From NCBI GenBank assembly GCA_951406725.2, contig OX597814.1, positions 11,346,001 to 11,410,000 on the forward strand: 64,000 nucleotides of DNA, in the 5' to 3' direction. Source of the stretch: Octopus vulgaris. Its lineage: Eukaryota. This document shows, piece by piece, positions 43,187 through 57,565 of this stretch. Position 1 is the stretch's first letter. Every line of letters starts with the position of its first letter. Made by a program: the position numbers and the translations under genes. A model generated the notes under the pieces. That model saw nothing but the letters and a program-made list of their open reading frames with translations, did no database searches and had not been told where the DNA came from.

Positions 43187-43695
43187 CCGTAAAATCCGAA
43201 CTTTTTTCCCAAAATTTAAAGGTCAAAATCCCTAGTCCGTACTATACTCGAAGTTAAAAATGAAAAATATTTTCTAAGGAATGTCCGAGTCTCTATTTGC
43301 TGTCCGGCAATGTATATTCAGACGCATTTTGTGATGTCGGACGCGAAAATACCTTAAGTTAGGCCTGAAAGCAATGACCTCATAAAAGAATCATCCATAA
43401 CTTGCCGTAAGCAACATTTATTAAAATAAAAGTATTCAGAACACAGAATAACATGTAAAAAAACAATTTGCAAACATATTTACATTCCCATATAACATGT
43501 AAGAACATCCCCATTATTGTATTACGCATGCGCGGAAGTGTTTGTTCGACTAGGTGCTGCTGGCTTAATTACGCACGACACAAGTTAGAGATGGGGTGCG
43601 TATTATACACAAGGTTTAGGTTTTTCAGAAGTACAGCCCCCTAAAAATCCCCTGCGTATTATACTCAAGGGCGGACTATGCTCGAAGATTTACGG
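43187..43695. mobile_element. Non-autonomous Tc2/pogo-like DNA transposon (MITE) with TA TSD
   Basis: TA|CCGTAAA ... TTTACGG|TA termini; subterminal repeats cgtactatactcga / cgtattatactcaa. Confidence 0.7.
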
Positions 43696-43924
43696 TAAAC
43701 ATAAACATACATATATACACGATAACGTGTATATGCAAACGGATATATTTAATATATTAAAGACTGTTTCTCTGTTGTATTGAATATTAAAACTGCGAAA
43801 ATAGCGCAATAAATTAATGTGATATAATTTAGTGTAACATAAATTTGACAAAGATTGACCTTGAACATGTGCACTACGTTTTAACATTCTAGGTCACTTC
43901 CGTTACTTACAGCAGTGCTTGGAA

Positions 43925-44432
43925 GGAAGGTGTGTAGCGTGTGATCGCCGCATTGACCATAACAGCGAAAATTACCATGGCGATACCTGCTCAGAGGCCT
44001 ACGCAAAGTTGCAAAAAGAGAGGTGTGTATGAGCCGCATACAAGTGTACGAGTGGTTCAGACGTTTCCAAATGTCCGCAACAAGCAGAACTAATAAAAGC
44101 ATCGCAGATGTGCGTGCAGCTGTGAGGGGAAATCGTCGAATCACCATCTGTGAGTTATCAGAGGATGTGCAGATTAGTTACGGTTCGGTCCAGCCTATTA
44201 TCACAGAAGATTTGGGTATGAGACGCGTGTCTGCCTAGTTTGTGCCAAAACTGGTTTCAGCTGACCAAATGGACGCTCGGATTTTAGTTTCACATGATCT
44301 CCTTGATTGTGTCAAGAACGATGAAAACTTTTTGAAAACTCTGCGTAGGCCTCTAAGCAGGTATCGCTAAGGTTTTTCTGTTCAACTTTCTTTGTCGTAG
44401 TCAATGCGACGATCACATGCTACACACCTTCC
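43925..44432 (+). mobile_element. Mariner transposase N-terminal (HTH) remnant enclosed by inverted repeats
   Basis: EAYAKLQK..MSRIQVYEWFRRFQ..NRRITICELSEDVQISYGSVQPIITEDLGMRRVSA*FVPKL..NDENFLK; 43925-44018 is inverted at 44327-44432. Confidence 0.85.
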
Positions 44433-44909
44433 ACAGAAATAATTCTGTGTTCGTGTGTCCGTCTGTGGCTTGCTTGTCTAAAATTATCATCGCCTAAGGG
44501 GAGTAATTTCAGCCTCCTGACAGGCTTTTTTCAGCAGTGCTCATTATCTAGCGCCCCTCGCCAGCATACGGCGGCGCACACATAGGCTAGTATACACATA
44601 CATGTTTTTAGGTAGGTATTGTCTCGCCCCTAAAAAATACACCCTGTATTCTTAAAATATTCAGAACATTAGTTTTGGTCACACAGAACATCTCCACACC
44701 CCTTGTTCTCATTAATTCCTCATCTACTAGATTTGACCTCGGCCTGACCTGGATTTATTCCAACGGACCCTTTGTCGGCCCCCACCAACCCCCCGATTTC
44801 AACGTACATTGATAAACATTTTACCCATGGGCTCTTAAGGAGCGTCCTCGTTCGAATTGCTTTGCTGCGCCTCTGTTTTGTTTTGTTCTGATAACGTAAT
44901 TCCTGGTTT

Positions 44910-44989
44910 TTCCTGAAGAGAAAGCTGCAATATGGTATCCTTATTTAATCAGAATTTGGAAAATTGTGGCCTTTGAAACATGTGTAGAA
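44910..44989 (+). ncRNA. Hammerhead motif, same pseudo-LTR family as 37680-37870
   Basis: TTC CTGAAGA GAAAGCTGCAA..TTGTGGCCTTT GAAAC ATGT GTA GAA. Confidence 0.6.
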
Positions 44990-45334
44990 TGTAATAAAAG
45001 GAATTCTGTACAATCTTCGTTCAACTCCATTTCTTCCATTCACTAATTATATTTAACTTCAATTATCCGCACCAACGCACGGTTGCAACACCATATGGTC
45101 TTATCTCCAACCGTGTTTTTTCTGCTGTGATTTTTGCTACCCAGGTATCGGTTAAACTTTTGAATAATCAGTATATATATATATATATGTATACATATGT
45201 GCATACGCACACACATACGGTCCTATAACGTCAGACGCAGGGAACACAAGATATATACATACATACATAAATACATACATACATACATACATACATACAC
45301 ATATATATATACACACATATATATGTATATTATA

Positions 45335-45410
<76 letters not shown>

Positions 45411-45536
45411 AGTAGGTGAATGAATTATCCTATGTTTATCGTCAGCATGGAAAATTCGTTTAACCGAAACCTGGGTAGCAAATTCACGTCAGAATTTTGT
45501 TAACATCTTCGTTCGGCTCCATTCTTTCATTTATTC

Positions 45537-45597
<61 letters not shown>

Positions 45598-46005
45598 CGC
45601 ACACATATATACATACATATATATACTCACACATACACACACATATATGTATGTATGTCTTGAAACATTGAAATTCTATTCTCTCCTGCGCTACACCATT
45701 TGTTCAATGTGGAGGTCATACCACCAGCATTGCCCAAACGACCTAATCAAATTCAGATTTCATACATACCCTAACACAATACATAAATACACTGCGACAC
45801 AATTTCTTTTCCTCAGCAACCCCGATCTGTTCAATAATATCCCAAAACAAATCATGTATTTCAAATAATAGAATTCGATTTGAGGGATGATTTGGTTGTT
45901 ATTTTTAGTAGATAGTGTGACTCTGATTGGCAGGGTAGAAGGAAGGGTGATTAGCAGGATAGAGCGATGGAGAGATGGAAAGATAGACAGGCGAAAAGAC
46001 AGACC

Positions 46006-46103
<98 letters not shown>

Positions 46104-46438
46104 AACGGATTTAGGTATTGGCCAGATAATTTGTATCATATGCAAGTGCTCAATCAAATAAAACATGATTTTCAATCTAAGCGATTTAAGACAAATAAAA
46201 GATATTGCAAGTCGAATACTTTTGCTTTGCAGTTGAGAGTGTCACTTACAGAAAGTTCCCAAGATGAAAAAAAAAAAGATGTTGCATTATATAATAGAAT
46301 GGTCAGAGAAGGCGAAAGCTACGGAAGCAGAAGGCCGGTAAAGTAAATGCATATATTTCATACGTATATGTACTGTCGGAGTCTCTAGGGGATTTTTAAG
46401 ACACAGTAGAACATTCTTATGATTTGTGTATGTATGTA

Positions 46439-46504
<66 letters not shown>

Positions 46505-46629
46505 ACGTGTGTGAAAGAGTGGGAGAAGAGGTGAACGTGTTGGTGACTGCACGTGCATGTGTGTGTGGTTTTGCTTCTACGGTTATACGCATTTATTCAT
46601 ATTAGCACAGATATCTATACAAACAGATG

Positions 46630-46716
<87 letters not shown>

Positions 46717-47116
46717 GATAGATAGATGTTTATGTGACAGAGAGAGACTAACAATGGGAGATAGTAAGAAAAATTGGAGAAGAGAGAGACGAAGACAGAG
46801 AGAATAGCCGAGAGAGAGATTGAATGGTAGAGAGGGAAAGACAGAGAGACATATACAGAGAGACATAGAGACAGGCAGACAGACAGACACATTGCTTGAG
46901 GGGAAGTTGTGGTGGGGAAATATATTCTAAAAATCTATTTGATGAAGTAACTAAAGACAAAACTCTAGATAAAAAAAAGAGGAGGGTAGTCAACGCTTTG
47001 CCATGATGTATGTCCCGCGAGGGATAACATCAACGGGAAGATTTTCTTTTACAACAGGGAAGGATTAAAGGAGAAGAGAAGGAAAAAGAGGAAGCAGAAG
47101 ACAAAGGAGAAGTCGG

Positions 47117-47273
47117 AGAAGAAGAAGAAGAAGAAGAAGAAGAAGAAGAAGAAGAAGAAGAAGAAGAAGAAGAAGAAGAAGAAGAAGAAGAAGAAGAAGA
47201 AGAAGAAGAAGAAGAAGAAGAAGAAGAAGAAGAAGAAGAAGAAGAAGAAGAAGAAGAAGAAGAAGAAGAAGAA
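47117..47273. repeat. Pure (GAA)n tract, about 52 units
   Basis: Seen directly. Confidence 0.97.
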
Positions 47274-47488
47274 GCAAAAGGAGAAAATAATATCTCTCCA
47301 AACGAACTTTGCCGCAAGAGATTGCAAAGGGAAGCAAGATATGGGGATCTGAAAAGCAATACTTTTATTAATAGTGTTGTGTTGGCCAAAACCTCATCTC
47401 CATGTCAATAATCCCATTTGAATCTCATGGCGAATAAACAGCTAATATGATGAATCAGTAAGCTATATTATACTCGAACAAATGACTA

Positions 47489-47535
<47 letters not shown>

Positions 47536-47545
47536 CACATATATG

Positions 47546-47592
<47 letters not shown>

Positions 47593-47854
47593 TATACATA
47601 TGTATATACATACATATATATAAACATACAGATGTATATGTATATATGTATGTATGCATGTATATATAACTGTGCGTGTGTGTATACATATATACACACA
47701 CATGTGAGCACACAATCCCACGCATAATCACCACACACAAATATATAATATAAAATATTATAATATATATATATGTAAACTGGCCAGGAGCGATTATTGG
47801 TGATAGTAATTGCTGCAGATATTGTCGGTGACGGTGAAAATTTGAAGATTATGC

Positions 47855-48625
47855 TAGTGGTTGTGGTGGTGGTGGTGGTGGCGGCGGCGGCGGCGGCGAC
47901 GACGGTGGTGGTGATGGTGAAGATGATGGAGTTGATGATGGTGATGACGACAATGACGACGGTGACGATGGCGATAATGATGGCGACGATGGTGGCTGGC
48001 GACGATGGCGATAATGATGATGACGACAACGATGTTGATGACGACGACACGGCGACGATGATGATGATGATGACGACCACCACCACCACCACCACGATGA
48101 TGGTGATAACAACAACGGCATTGATAATAATGATGATGATGATGATGAGGAGGAGGAGGAGGAGGAGGAGGAGGGGGAGGAGGAGGAGGAGGAGGAGGAG
48201 GAGGAGGGGGAGGAGGAGGATTGAAGTCGTCATAGTGAAAACAATGAAAACTTTAAAGGTGATAACAGTGATGATGATGACAACGACGGCAGTGAGTGTG
48301 GTAATGGCAGTGAGGGCGTGAGGGCGGTGACGGTTGTGATTCTGATCGTGGTGGTGGTGATGGTGGTGGTGGTGTTGTTGGTGGTGGTTGTGGTGGTGGT
48401 GGTTGTAGTGGTGGTGGTGCTTGTGGTGGTGTTGGTGGTGGTTTTGGTGGTGGTGGTGGTTGTGGTGTGGTGGTGGTGGTGGTGGTGGTGGTGGTGGTGG
48501 TGGTGGTGTTGGTGGTGGTTGTGGTGGTGGTGGTTGTAGTGGTGGTGGTGCTTGTGGTGGTGTTGGTGGTGGTTTTGGTGGTGGTGGTGGTGGTGGTTTT
48601 GGTGGTGGTGGTGGTGGTGGTGGTG
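47855..48625. repeat. Compound G-rich trinucleotide tract (GGT/GAT/GAC/GAG)
   Basis: Seen directly. Confidence 0.95.
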
Positions 48626-50488
48626 AAAGCGGACAGTTTTTAACTAGAAAATCATATTTTCCTTCGCTACGCCTTTGTTTCGTCCTGCATCTCCCGGCAT
48701 CGGCTCGTTTCGCATTGAGCCTTAATATAACCCCATGTAATCTCACTTCAACCCCTTCTCGTTCCATCTCTTGCTCACAATCTCTTACTCAAACTATCGT
48801 CACTTTATTAAAAAAATAAATCCTACCGGTACCATCAGCATTAGCACCATCATCACCCAAACACCACCAACACCATCCACATCGAAAGCCAATATATTCT
48901 GAAACCAAAGAGAAAGTCGCTCTATAGCCACTCCACTTGCTTGAAATAAGAGCCTAATCTCCCTTAACCCACCTTTTATCTTTTATCTTTTACTTGTGCC
49001 GAGTCATTAGACTGTGGACTTGCTTGAGCATTTTAGTTGAAAGAATCGAACCCGGTATATTTTTTTAACCCAATAATTTTCAATTTATAATTCTTTTCCA
49101 TTTAGTATTTATTTTCATTCAACCCTATCTCTCATTCATTTATATCACATCTGACATCAAATCGTGTTAAAATTTCCTGAACTTTTTTCACCAGTCGTTT
49201 GATAATGACTTCCGGTAGTCTTAATTTTTTTTAAACAAACTCTTTATTTTCAATTTAGAACTTAATATAATACTGTATAATTTAGAACTTAATATGATAC
49301 TATGCGATTTATTCCCTTATTTAAGAAACGAGCAAAACGCCACACGTCCAATGGACGGTGCTGATTTGTCAAACATTTAAACCAAATGTTCTCAAAACAA
49401 CGTGTCCGACCGTCCCATAGGCCTCCCCTTTGAGAAACACTGATTTAACCTAAATTTGAGGCACCAGCGAAAGAAGAAATAAAGATAGACTTTTTTTCTA
49501 TTCCAAAGAAAAACAATTTTATTCACTTTATCGATCGCATTCTCACCTGGAATCGATTTTTGTAATTTTTTGAAGACTTATACACGCCCTGATACCGTCG
49601 GTATCTACATATCAAATTTGAGCGCAATCGGATGGAGGATGCCCGAGATCCTAGAAGACACACACACACAGACAGATAGAGCGAATTTTATAGATTAAAA
49701 TATTCCATCTTGTCTATAATTATTCTTTAACCTAGATATATCCAGTTATTAACCTTAATAATCCAGTTATTAAACACAATTTTTAACCATCATACAGACA
49801 CAACACACATTTTACTTACGAGCATTAAATACATAATGCTTTATTTTCAGATACTTTATAACATTTTATTTTTTGAAAACACATCATACTCGCTAACATT
49901 ATTGCATTCATTCATGAACACACAAATCCACTATTTTATTTTTATCTATATCCTTTCATTCCAAATCGCTTGTCTTACAAGTCTTAAGTCTGAATTTTTT
50001 AAAGCAACATAATTTAGCTTTAAATAATTTTCCATTAACATTTGTCGTTAACTATCAAACTTACTCACCACGCCTTAACAAAGAACTATCATATTTATCT
50101 TTAACGACTTAATTCGCATTAAAGAACATTCTGCTTAAACAACAACCTAAACTAAGGGCAATGTTTTTCGATTAAACTTACGCCTATATTATTAACAAAA
50201 TTAAATTAACAAACATTTCCACTCCCCTTTCGTTGGTTGTAACAATTTCCCATAATTACCTCATCATCATTTAATCATGCTTTTCTTACACATATTTATT
50301 AGCAAAAATGATTGTGTTAATTTTAGTGCTCGGAAAAGACGCGTTTGACATCCGGAGAATTCATCTTGAGAAATATTTTCATTCAAAACTTAATGATTTC
50401 ACATCTATATGATTAGGACCAAATATATACGTTATTAGAAACGAAAACTTACATCATGTATGTATGTATGTATGTATGTATGCATGTA

Positions 50489-50551
<63 letters not shown>

Positions 50552-50564
50552 TTATTTATGCATG

Positions 50565-51410
50565 TTTCCGTTTTCAGTCCTACTGGCATCTTGGGCAAGT
50601 GTTTTCTACAATAGCCTCGGGCCGACCAAAGCCTTGTAAGTGGATTTGGTAGACGGAAACTGAAAGAAGCCCGTCTTATATATATATATATATATTTAAA
50701 AAAGGAGATGTGGAACACGAGTTGTGATATATCAAAAAGGAAATGAAGAAAATGCTAACAAAATAATTTAAATAAGGGAGAGTGTATTTAATTAGGTGAA
50801 AGTTCTTTTACCGGTTGCGCATTTGTTATGCTTATCAAAATATATTTTTTTAAGAGAGATAGAGTTCCTTTCTGATAGATTTTTTTCTCTTATCTGAGAA
50901 AAAAATCTATCTGTCTGATAAGAGAAAAAATCTATCAGAAAGGAACTCTATCTCTCTTAAAAATATATCTTTTGATAAGCATAACAAATGCGCAACCGGT
51001 AAAATGAACTTTCACCTAATTAAATACACTCTCCCTTACTTAAATCATTTTGTCAGCATTTTCTTCATTTCCTTTTTTGATATATATATATATGTATGTA
51101 TGAATGTATGTATGTATGTATGTATGTATGTATGTATGTATGTATGTATGTATGTATGTATGTATGTATGTGTGTATATGTTTGTGTATCTGTGTTTGTC
51201 CCCCCGAGATCGCTTGACAACCGATACTGGTGTGTTTACGTCCCCGTAACTTAGCGTTTCGGCAAAAGACACCTATAGAATAAGTAGTAGGCTTGCAAAG
51301 AATAAGTCCTGTGGTTGATTTGCTCAACTAAAGGCGGTACTCCAGCATGGTCACAGTCAAATGACTGAAACTAGTAAAAGAGTAAAAGGGAGTAAACGAG
51401 AGTAAAGAGA
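50565..51410 (+). mobile_element. SINE family B interrupted in its internal (TA)n by a fold-back insertion
   Basis: 5' half at 50565-50677 and 3' half at 51180-51410. Confidence 0.85.
50727..51085. repeat. Near-perfect ~165-bp inverted repeat (arms 50727-50893 / 50917-51085) with a degenerate hammerhead
   Basis: Arms are reverse complements; TTT TGATAA GCAT aacaa ATGC GCAAC CG GTA AAA at ~50970-51003. Confidence 0.9.
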
Positions 51411-51446
51411 GTACATATTTATAAATATAAGTGCGTGTGTGTATAT

Positions 51447-51511
<65 letters not shown>

Positions 51512-51971
51512 GAGAGGAGGTGAGAGAGAGGACAGACTGACAGATACATAGATAGATACAACTATAGATCTAGATGTACATCATTTGATAAACAGGATTT
51601 AAATAACATTTAATATTTATCTCTCACAGGATGGACTGTTTTCTTGTTGATGGCATCAATAACATTACACGAAAGAGATAGACAGATGTGCTTATATACA
51701 AGTAACTTTATATATACACGCTATATATATTTACTAAGACACATGTATGCGGGTGAGTGTGTATTTTATTGTTGTAATGTGTCAAATTAATTGTAAAATA
51801 TGCCAACATGTTACCAATCATGAAATCAGCCATTTTTTTGAGATGATATCCCTTAAATTCTACACTGGTATGAATTTTAGATGCATGTGATTATCCGATT
51901 GTGTTGATTGGAAACACTGATTTTGCACGAGCGTGTGCGCGCGTGTGTGTGTGTATGTCTGTTTGTCTGCC

Positions 51972-52012
<41 letters not shown>

Positions 52013-52166
52013 AGTTTTATCAGTGTAAGAATGTGTATGAGGCTACTTTAGTGTAGTGTGCGTACTGACAAGCATATACTAACGTTTACTTAAACCTACA
52101 TATACAATCACACACGTACACAAACACATATATATATATATGTATGTATATAAATATATATATATG

Positions 52167-52207
<41 letters not shown>

Positions 52208-52808
52208 ATACATGTATATGTGCATATAAGGTTTTATATACGCATAGATCACGCACATACGCATACTCACATACCACCAACATCACCACTACTATTAATA
52301 TATTGCACACACACACTCACACACACACACTCTCTCACACACACACACACATACACATTCACACGTCCACATATCTTATTTCAGCTGCTTATAAAGATGA
52401 ATGTTTATTGCCATTGATATTTTACCATCTTTCTCAAGCGGAACACACATTATCGGCTTATCTATGAGCGGCCATTTTATTTTAGCGTTCCTTCTTTTTC
52501 TTTTATTCTATGTTTGGATATATGGAGGTCTGGATATACGTATGTTGGTGTGTATATTTGTATGTATGTATGTATGTATGTATGTATGTATGTATGTATG
52601 CATGTATGTTTGCATGCTTGTACGTATATGTGTACATATGTGTATATATGAGAAAGTGAGAATTTTGTTGTTTTCAGGACTGAATTCTTTGTTTATTTTT
52701 GCGTTTATTTATTACCACCACAAACACATACACATACACGCACCCTAACACATATACACGCATTTGTGTGTGGGTATGTGTGTTTTTGTGAGTGTGTGCG
52801 TGTACATT

Positions 52809-52848
<40 letters not shown>

Positions 52849-53088
52849 AAATATCGATATGCATATGTGTCTGTGTGTGCGCGCACGTGTACGATGCATA
52901 CGCATATATTGGTAAAAGGATGAAAATGTACAGAGTGTATGTATATATACATATATGTTTGTGTATGTGTGAACAAATTTGTGATTCTTCGTATAAATTT
53001 TTAAAAATATAAAGCATAACATATAAATATACATATGTATGTAAGTTTACGTGTATGTATATATATATATATACAGAGAGAGAGAGAA

Positions 53089-53145
<57 letters not shown>

Positions 53146-53611
53146 TAGACAGACAGAGGTGCATACATTCATGCATACATTTAAACGGCTCTTCACTTCA
53201 TACATCTTTTTTTTCTCCTCCTTTATAATCACATCTTTTGCATTTTGCTTATCAGGTTTGTCAATACGTTATGTGTAGAGTTGTCAAGATTGTATGGTAG
53301 AGAATAGTATGGTTTTGTGCTCGAGTCTTGGTTTTGGTATGTTGTTTGTAAGGCATGTTGTATTACAGTGTATTACAGTGTAATACACTGGCTGATAAGG
53401 ACTGGTTTCCTGGTTTTATTGGCGTATAAGTTCCCCACCTGGACGGGACACCGGTCCGTCGCAACAGTGTAGTGTATAAAGCATAAATGTATGTGTGTTT
53501 GTGTGTGTATGTGTGCGAGTGTGTATGAGCATGTATACATATGTATGTGTATGGCTCCAGTATTCTGACTTACATATGTATGTAAGCATATATACTTACT
53601 TACACACACAT

Positions 53612-54069
53612 GTAAACGGCAACCAAAATCCTTTAAAAAGATTTTAACCCAAGCTAAACTGCACTCAACAACATCCACAAAATCAGCAGTTAGAAAATGT
53701 GGAAAGCCCTGCTGCGGAATCTGTGTCATCTTGGTAGAAGGTTCAGAATTCACATTAGAACAAGGCCATCAGTTTACCATCAGAACAAACTTCACCTGTG
53801 CATCAGAAAACTTAATTTACGTGTTAGCATGCGCAGGGTGCAATAGGCAATATATAAGCCATACAAAAAACAGCCTACGAAAAAGGATGGCGGTTCATAA
53901 ATCCCAAATTAGGAATCCTAAATACAAGAAAATTCCAGTCAGCGGACACATAGATAGATGTGCTTCAAATAAAAATCCTAAATTCACAACTTTCCCACTT
54001 TACAAGTCCAGTGACAATGTAACCAAAATAAAGAACTTTATTTTAGTAGAAAATTCGGATCAAGTTTGA
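53612..54069 (+). pseudogene. GIY-YIG endonuclease fragment of a Neptune-like Penelope-like element
   Basis: KRQPKSFKKILTQAKL..KCGKPCCGICVI..NFTCASENLIYVLACAGCNRQYISHTKNSLRKRMAVHKSQI..VSGH: Cys linker, LIY/YI strands, CxxC, R and H residues. Confidence 0.85.
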
Positions 54070-54475
54070 ACACCCTGGGCCAGGAACATTAAAACAATAT
54101 ATTGGTCTTCCGAAAAGAAAAATGGAATTCTACCACTACCACCACGATCACTACTACTGCTGCTACTATTACTACTACTACTACTACGACCACCATGGTC
54201 ACTACTATTACTACTACGATCAAGAGTCTTCCACTGCTGCTACTACTGCCACTGCTACAGCCAATGAGCTGCTGCAGCTCTAACCACCACCACCACCACC
54301 ATGGTTACTACTACTACGACCAAGAGTCACTGCTGCTACTGCCATTTCAGCCACTGGTCATTCCCTTAGTTTTATTCATTATGCTTACTCCTCACGAAAA
54401 AACCACCACGTGGATTCTGTTGAGACCAGTAAGAAACAATTATGAACTTTTTTATTACACTTAACTTTTTAAAAT

Positions 54476-54524
54476 ATTTTTGATAAGGTTCGTTTTTTTC
54501 AAAAGGAACCGAAACATGTTAAAT
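54476..54524 (+). ncRNA. Degenerate hammerhead motif downstream of the GIY-YIG fragment
   Basis: ATTT TTGATAA GGTTC-loop-GAACC GAAAC AT GTT AAAT. Confidence 0.5.
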
Positions 54525-55266
54525 TTCTAAGAAAATTAAAATTTATCTTATATGGTGGCGTTTTCAAACTTCTTTTTTTATAAATATATATATATATATG
54601 TGTGTGTGTGTCTATATATATGCCTATATGGGTACAGGACATCACCAACGTGTAAAGAATATGAAGTACGAAAACAAACGAGTTAAATACGCAAACAACG
54701 AGAGAAGCAAATGGAAAACAGAACAAGTAACAAAAAGAACGACCGTTCATCAGTTGTCGGCAGTGTATCTACTTCTCATTTTGTGCATTCAACGACAATA
54801 TGAGTCTTCTAAGTCAGTTGCTCCAATAAATCCCGCAATAAAATTTTGGATTTATGGAAGGTCAAAGCTAGGAACAAAATCAGGACAGCGGAGACATACA
54901 GGGAAATCAAACGAAAACAAACAAGGAGGGCAGAATGAAAGGAAAATAGTGAACGACGGGATAAATATTTTCTTTGAAAAGAGAAAAGATAGAAGAGAGA
55001 GATAGAGGACTTCCAGTCCTTTCAACGTCGGGCAGGAAAAGAAAAATGGTCACGCGAGGAAAACAAAGATGGACGATGGTCACGTGTGAGAAACGAGAAA
55101 GAGAAAAAGAGAACGAGGGGGAAAGAGAGATAGATAGAAAACGGTGAAGGGGATAAAAGGGAATTAGAGAAGGAGGGGGATAAACAGTTTAGGGTCGCAT
55201 CTAAAATGTTAAGATAAACTTACTTGGAAATGGATGTGGCTTTCAATTAAATAATAATATAAATAA

Positions 55267-55302
<36 letters not shown>

Positions 55303-55348
55303 TGTATGTATGTATGTATGTATGTATGTATGCATGTATGTATGTATG

Positions 55349-55396
<48 letters not shown>

Positions 55397-55594
55397 TATA
55401 TGAGTACAAGGCGTTAACAAATGCGCAAACAACGAAAGAATAAAACGTAAAACAGGACAAGTAACACAAAGAACGAACCTTCATCATTGTCGGCTATCTA
55501 TCTACTCCTCATTTCGAGCCTTCAACGACAATATGAGTCTTCGAAGACAGTTTTTCCGATAAAGTCTAAAATAAAATTTGGGGTTTACGCAGGG

Positions 55595-55628
<34 letters not shown>

Positions 55629-55631
<3 letters not shown>

Positions 55632-56385
55632 GATGACTTTTTGTCAATATAGTATGCCAATATAATATGGCAATCCCAGGATAGGATAAATATCACTGTT
55701 ATTTAGCCCCAAGAATCATCGTTTCTAGCTGGTTATACGACACAAAAGCTCTGTGCCCTTATGTTTCCGAACCACGGAGAGATTAGTATCTCCACCCAGC
55801 ACAACCAAGCACCCACGGACTAGTTTCATGGTTACTGCCCTTTATCAGCGAGGAGTAGCTTGGCTTGCTAGATGTCGCTGCCAATCTGCGGTCGAAAGTA
55901 TATAGAATTCAAAGTGACAAATAGTCACTGAGGTACAAAAATAACAATATTATATTTCTAAATCTCTGAAAGAGAGATATACAAAATTGCACGATAAAAT
56001 GATGACTTTTTGCCAACATAATATGGCAAGCCCAGGATGGGATAAATGTTACTGTCATTTAGCCTCAAAAACCATTATTTCTAGCTGGCTATACGACACA
56101 AAAACTTTGTACTAATCTCCCATGTTCGAAAACATAAGGACACAGAGGGCAATAACCCTGAAACTAGTCCGTGGATACTACGTTTTGCTGAGTGGAGGTG
56201 CTAATCTCTCCTGTTCGAAAACATAAGGACACAGAGCTTTTGTGTCGTATGGCCAGCTAGAAACGATGTTTCTTGGAGTCAATGACAGTAACATTTAACC
56301 CATCCAGGGATTGCCACATTATGAAGGCAAAGAGTCATCACATTATCGTGCTGTTATTGCATATCTTTGAGAGATTTGGAAATAA

Positions 56386-56390
<5 letters not shown>
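55629..56390. mobile_element. Complex direct and inverted PLE pseudo-LTR array in (TA)n, with hammerhead-like motif (minus 55814-55852)
   Basis: 55629-55750 repeats at ~55998-56105 and is inverted at ~56210-56345. Minus: CG CTGATAA AGGG cagtaa CCAT GAAAC TA GTC CG. Plus half-copy AGGG caataa CCCT GAAACTAGTC at 56147-56169. Confidence 0.7.
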
Positions 56391-56450
<60 letters not shown>

Positions 56451-57172
56451 TATATATATACATACATATCAATATCTATATTTATATATCTATCTATACA
56501 TACACCTACATGCATACATACACACACATGTGGTAAAATAGGCACATTTATATATATATATATATATATATATGTTTACTTATGTGTTAATGTATGTCTG
56601 TTTTTATCGATCGCATTTTTTTTCTGCTCTCAAAGAGATAAAATTTGTGGCATAACCAGCATATTTACTTTCCACAGCACAGTTTAAATTTTATGTTTAT
56701 TACAAAAGTATACCTTATGTGTAAAGTTTGCCAAATGATGAAATAATTAATGTTTATTATCAATGCAGCAGTTTGTACATTAGATACGTACATACATACA
56801 AACTTCACTCACACATACGTTCACTCCACAAAATGCACCCTCGCACACATATGCATATTTGTTTCTCTATGTCTTTACGGGTGGTAAATAATTGAAACGG
56901 GTGGCTGTTAGTTTATTTTCCTTAATGTCTATATTCGAATATATGCGCTTACATATATAACAAGCACACACACACACATACATACACACACATACATACA
57001 CACACACACATATATATATACACATATGTATGTATATATATGTATGTATATATGTATATATGTATGTGTATATATATATATATATATAAATATATATATA
57101 AATGCATACACATATATGTATATGTGCATACATATATATACATATATATGCATATATATATATATATATATG

Positions 57173-57212
<40 letters not shown>

Positions 57213-57534
57213 TATAATATAGGCATATATATATATGTGTATATAGACACACATGCAAGTATATGAATATATATGCATATATGTATATGTATATCTATCA
57301 ATCCATACACTTATCTATGTGCATCTATATATACATATGTATTATATATATTTGTACAAATATATGAGTTTTTGCACATATATATGAATATATATGCGTG
57401 TGCGTGTGTATGTATAACTACATATATATATGTATATATATATATAACCAACTTTTTTATCTATATATATATACCTATATACATGTATATATGTATATAC
57501 ATACATACATACGTATGCGTACATATACACATGC

Positions 57535-57565
<31 letters not shown>

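Noticed and set aside
47463-48767. 434-aa Pro/His/Thr-rich ORF, the longest in the track
   Set aside because: Almost entirely translated tri- and dinucleotide repeats; no domain or splice evidence.
49500-49700. Non-autonomous Helitron/DINE-like end (also 35690-36030)
   Set aside because: Only a loose resemblance; termini could not be defined.
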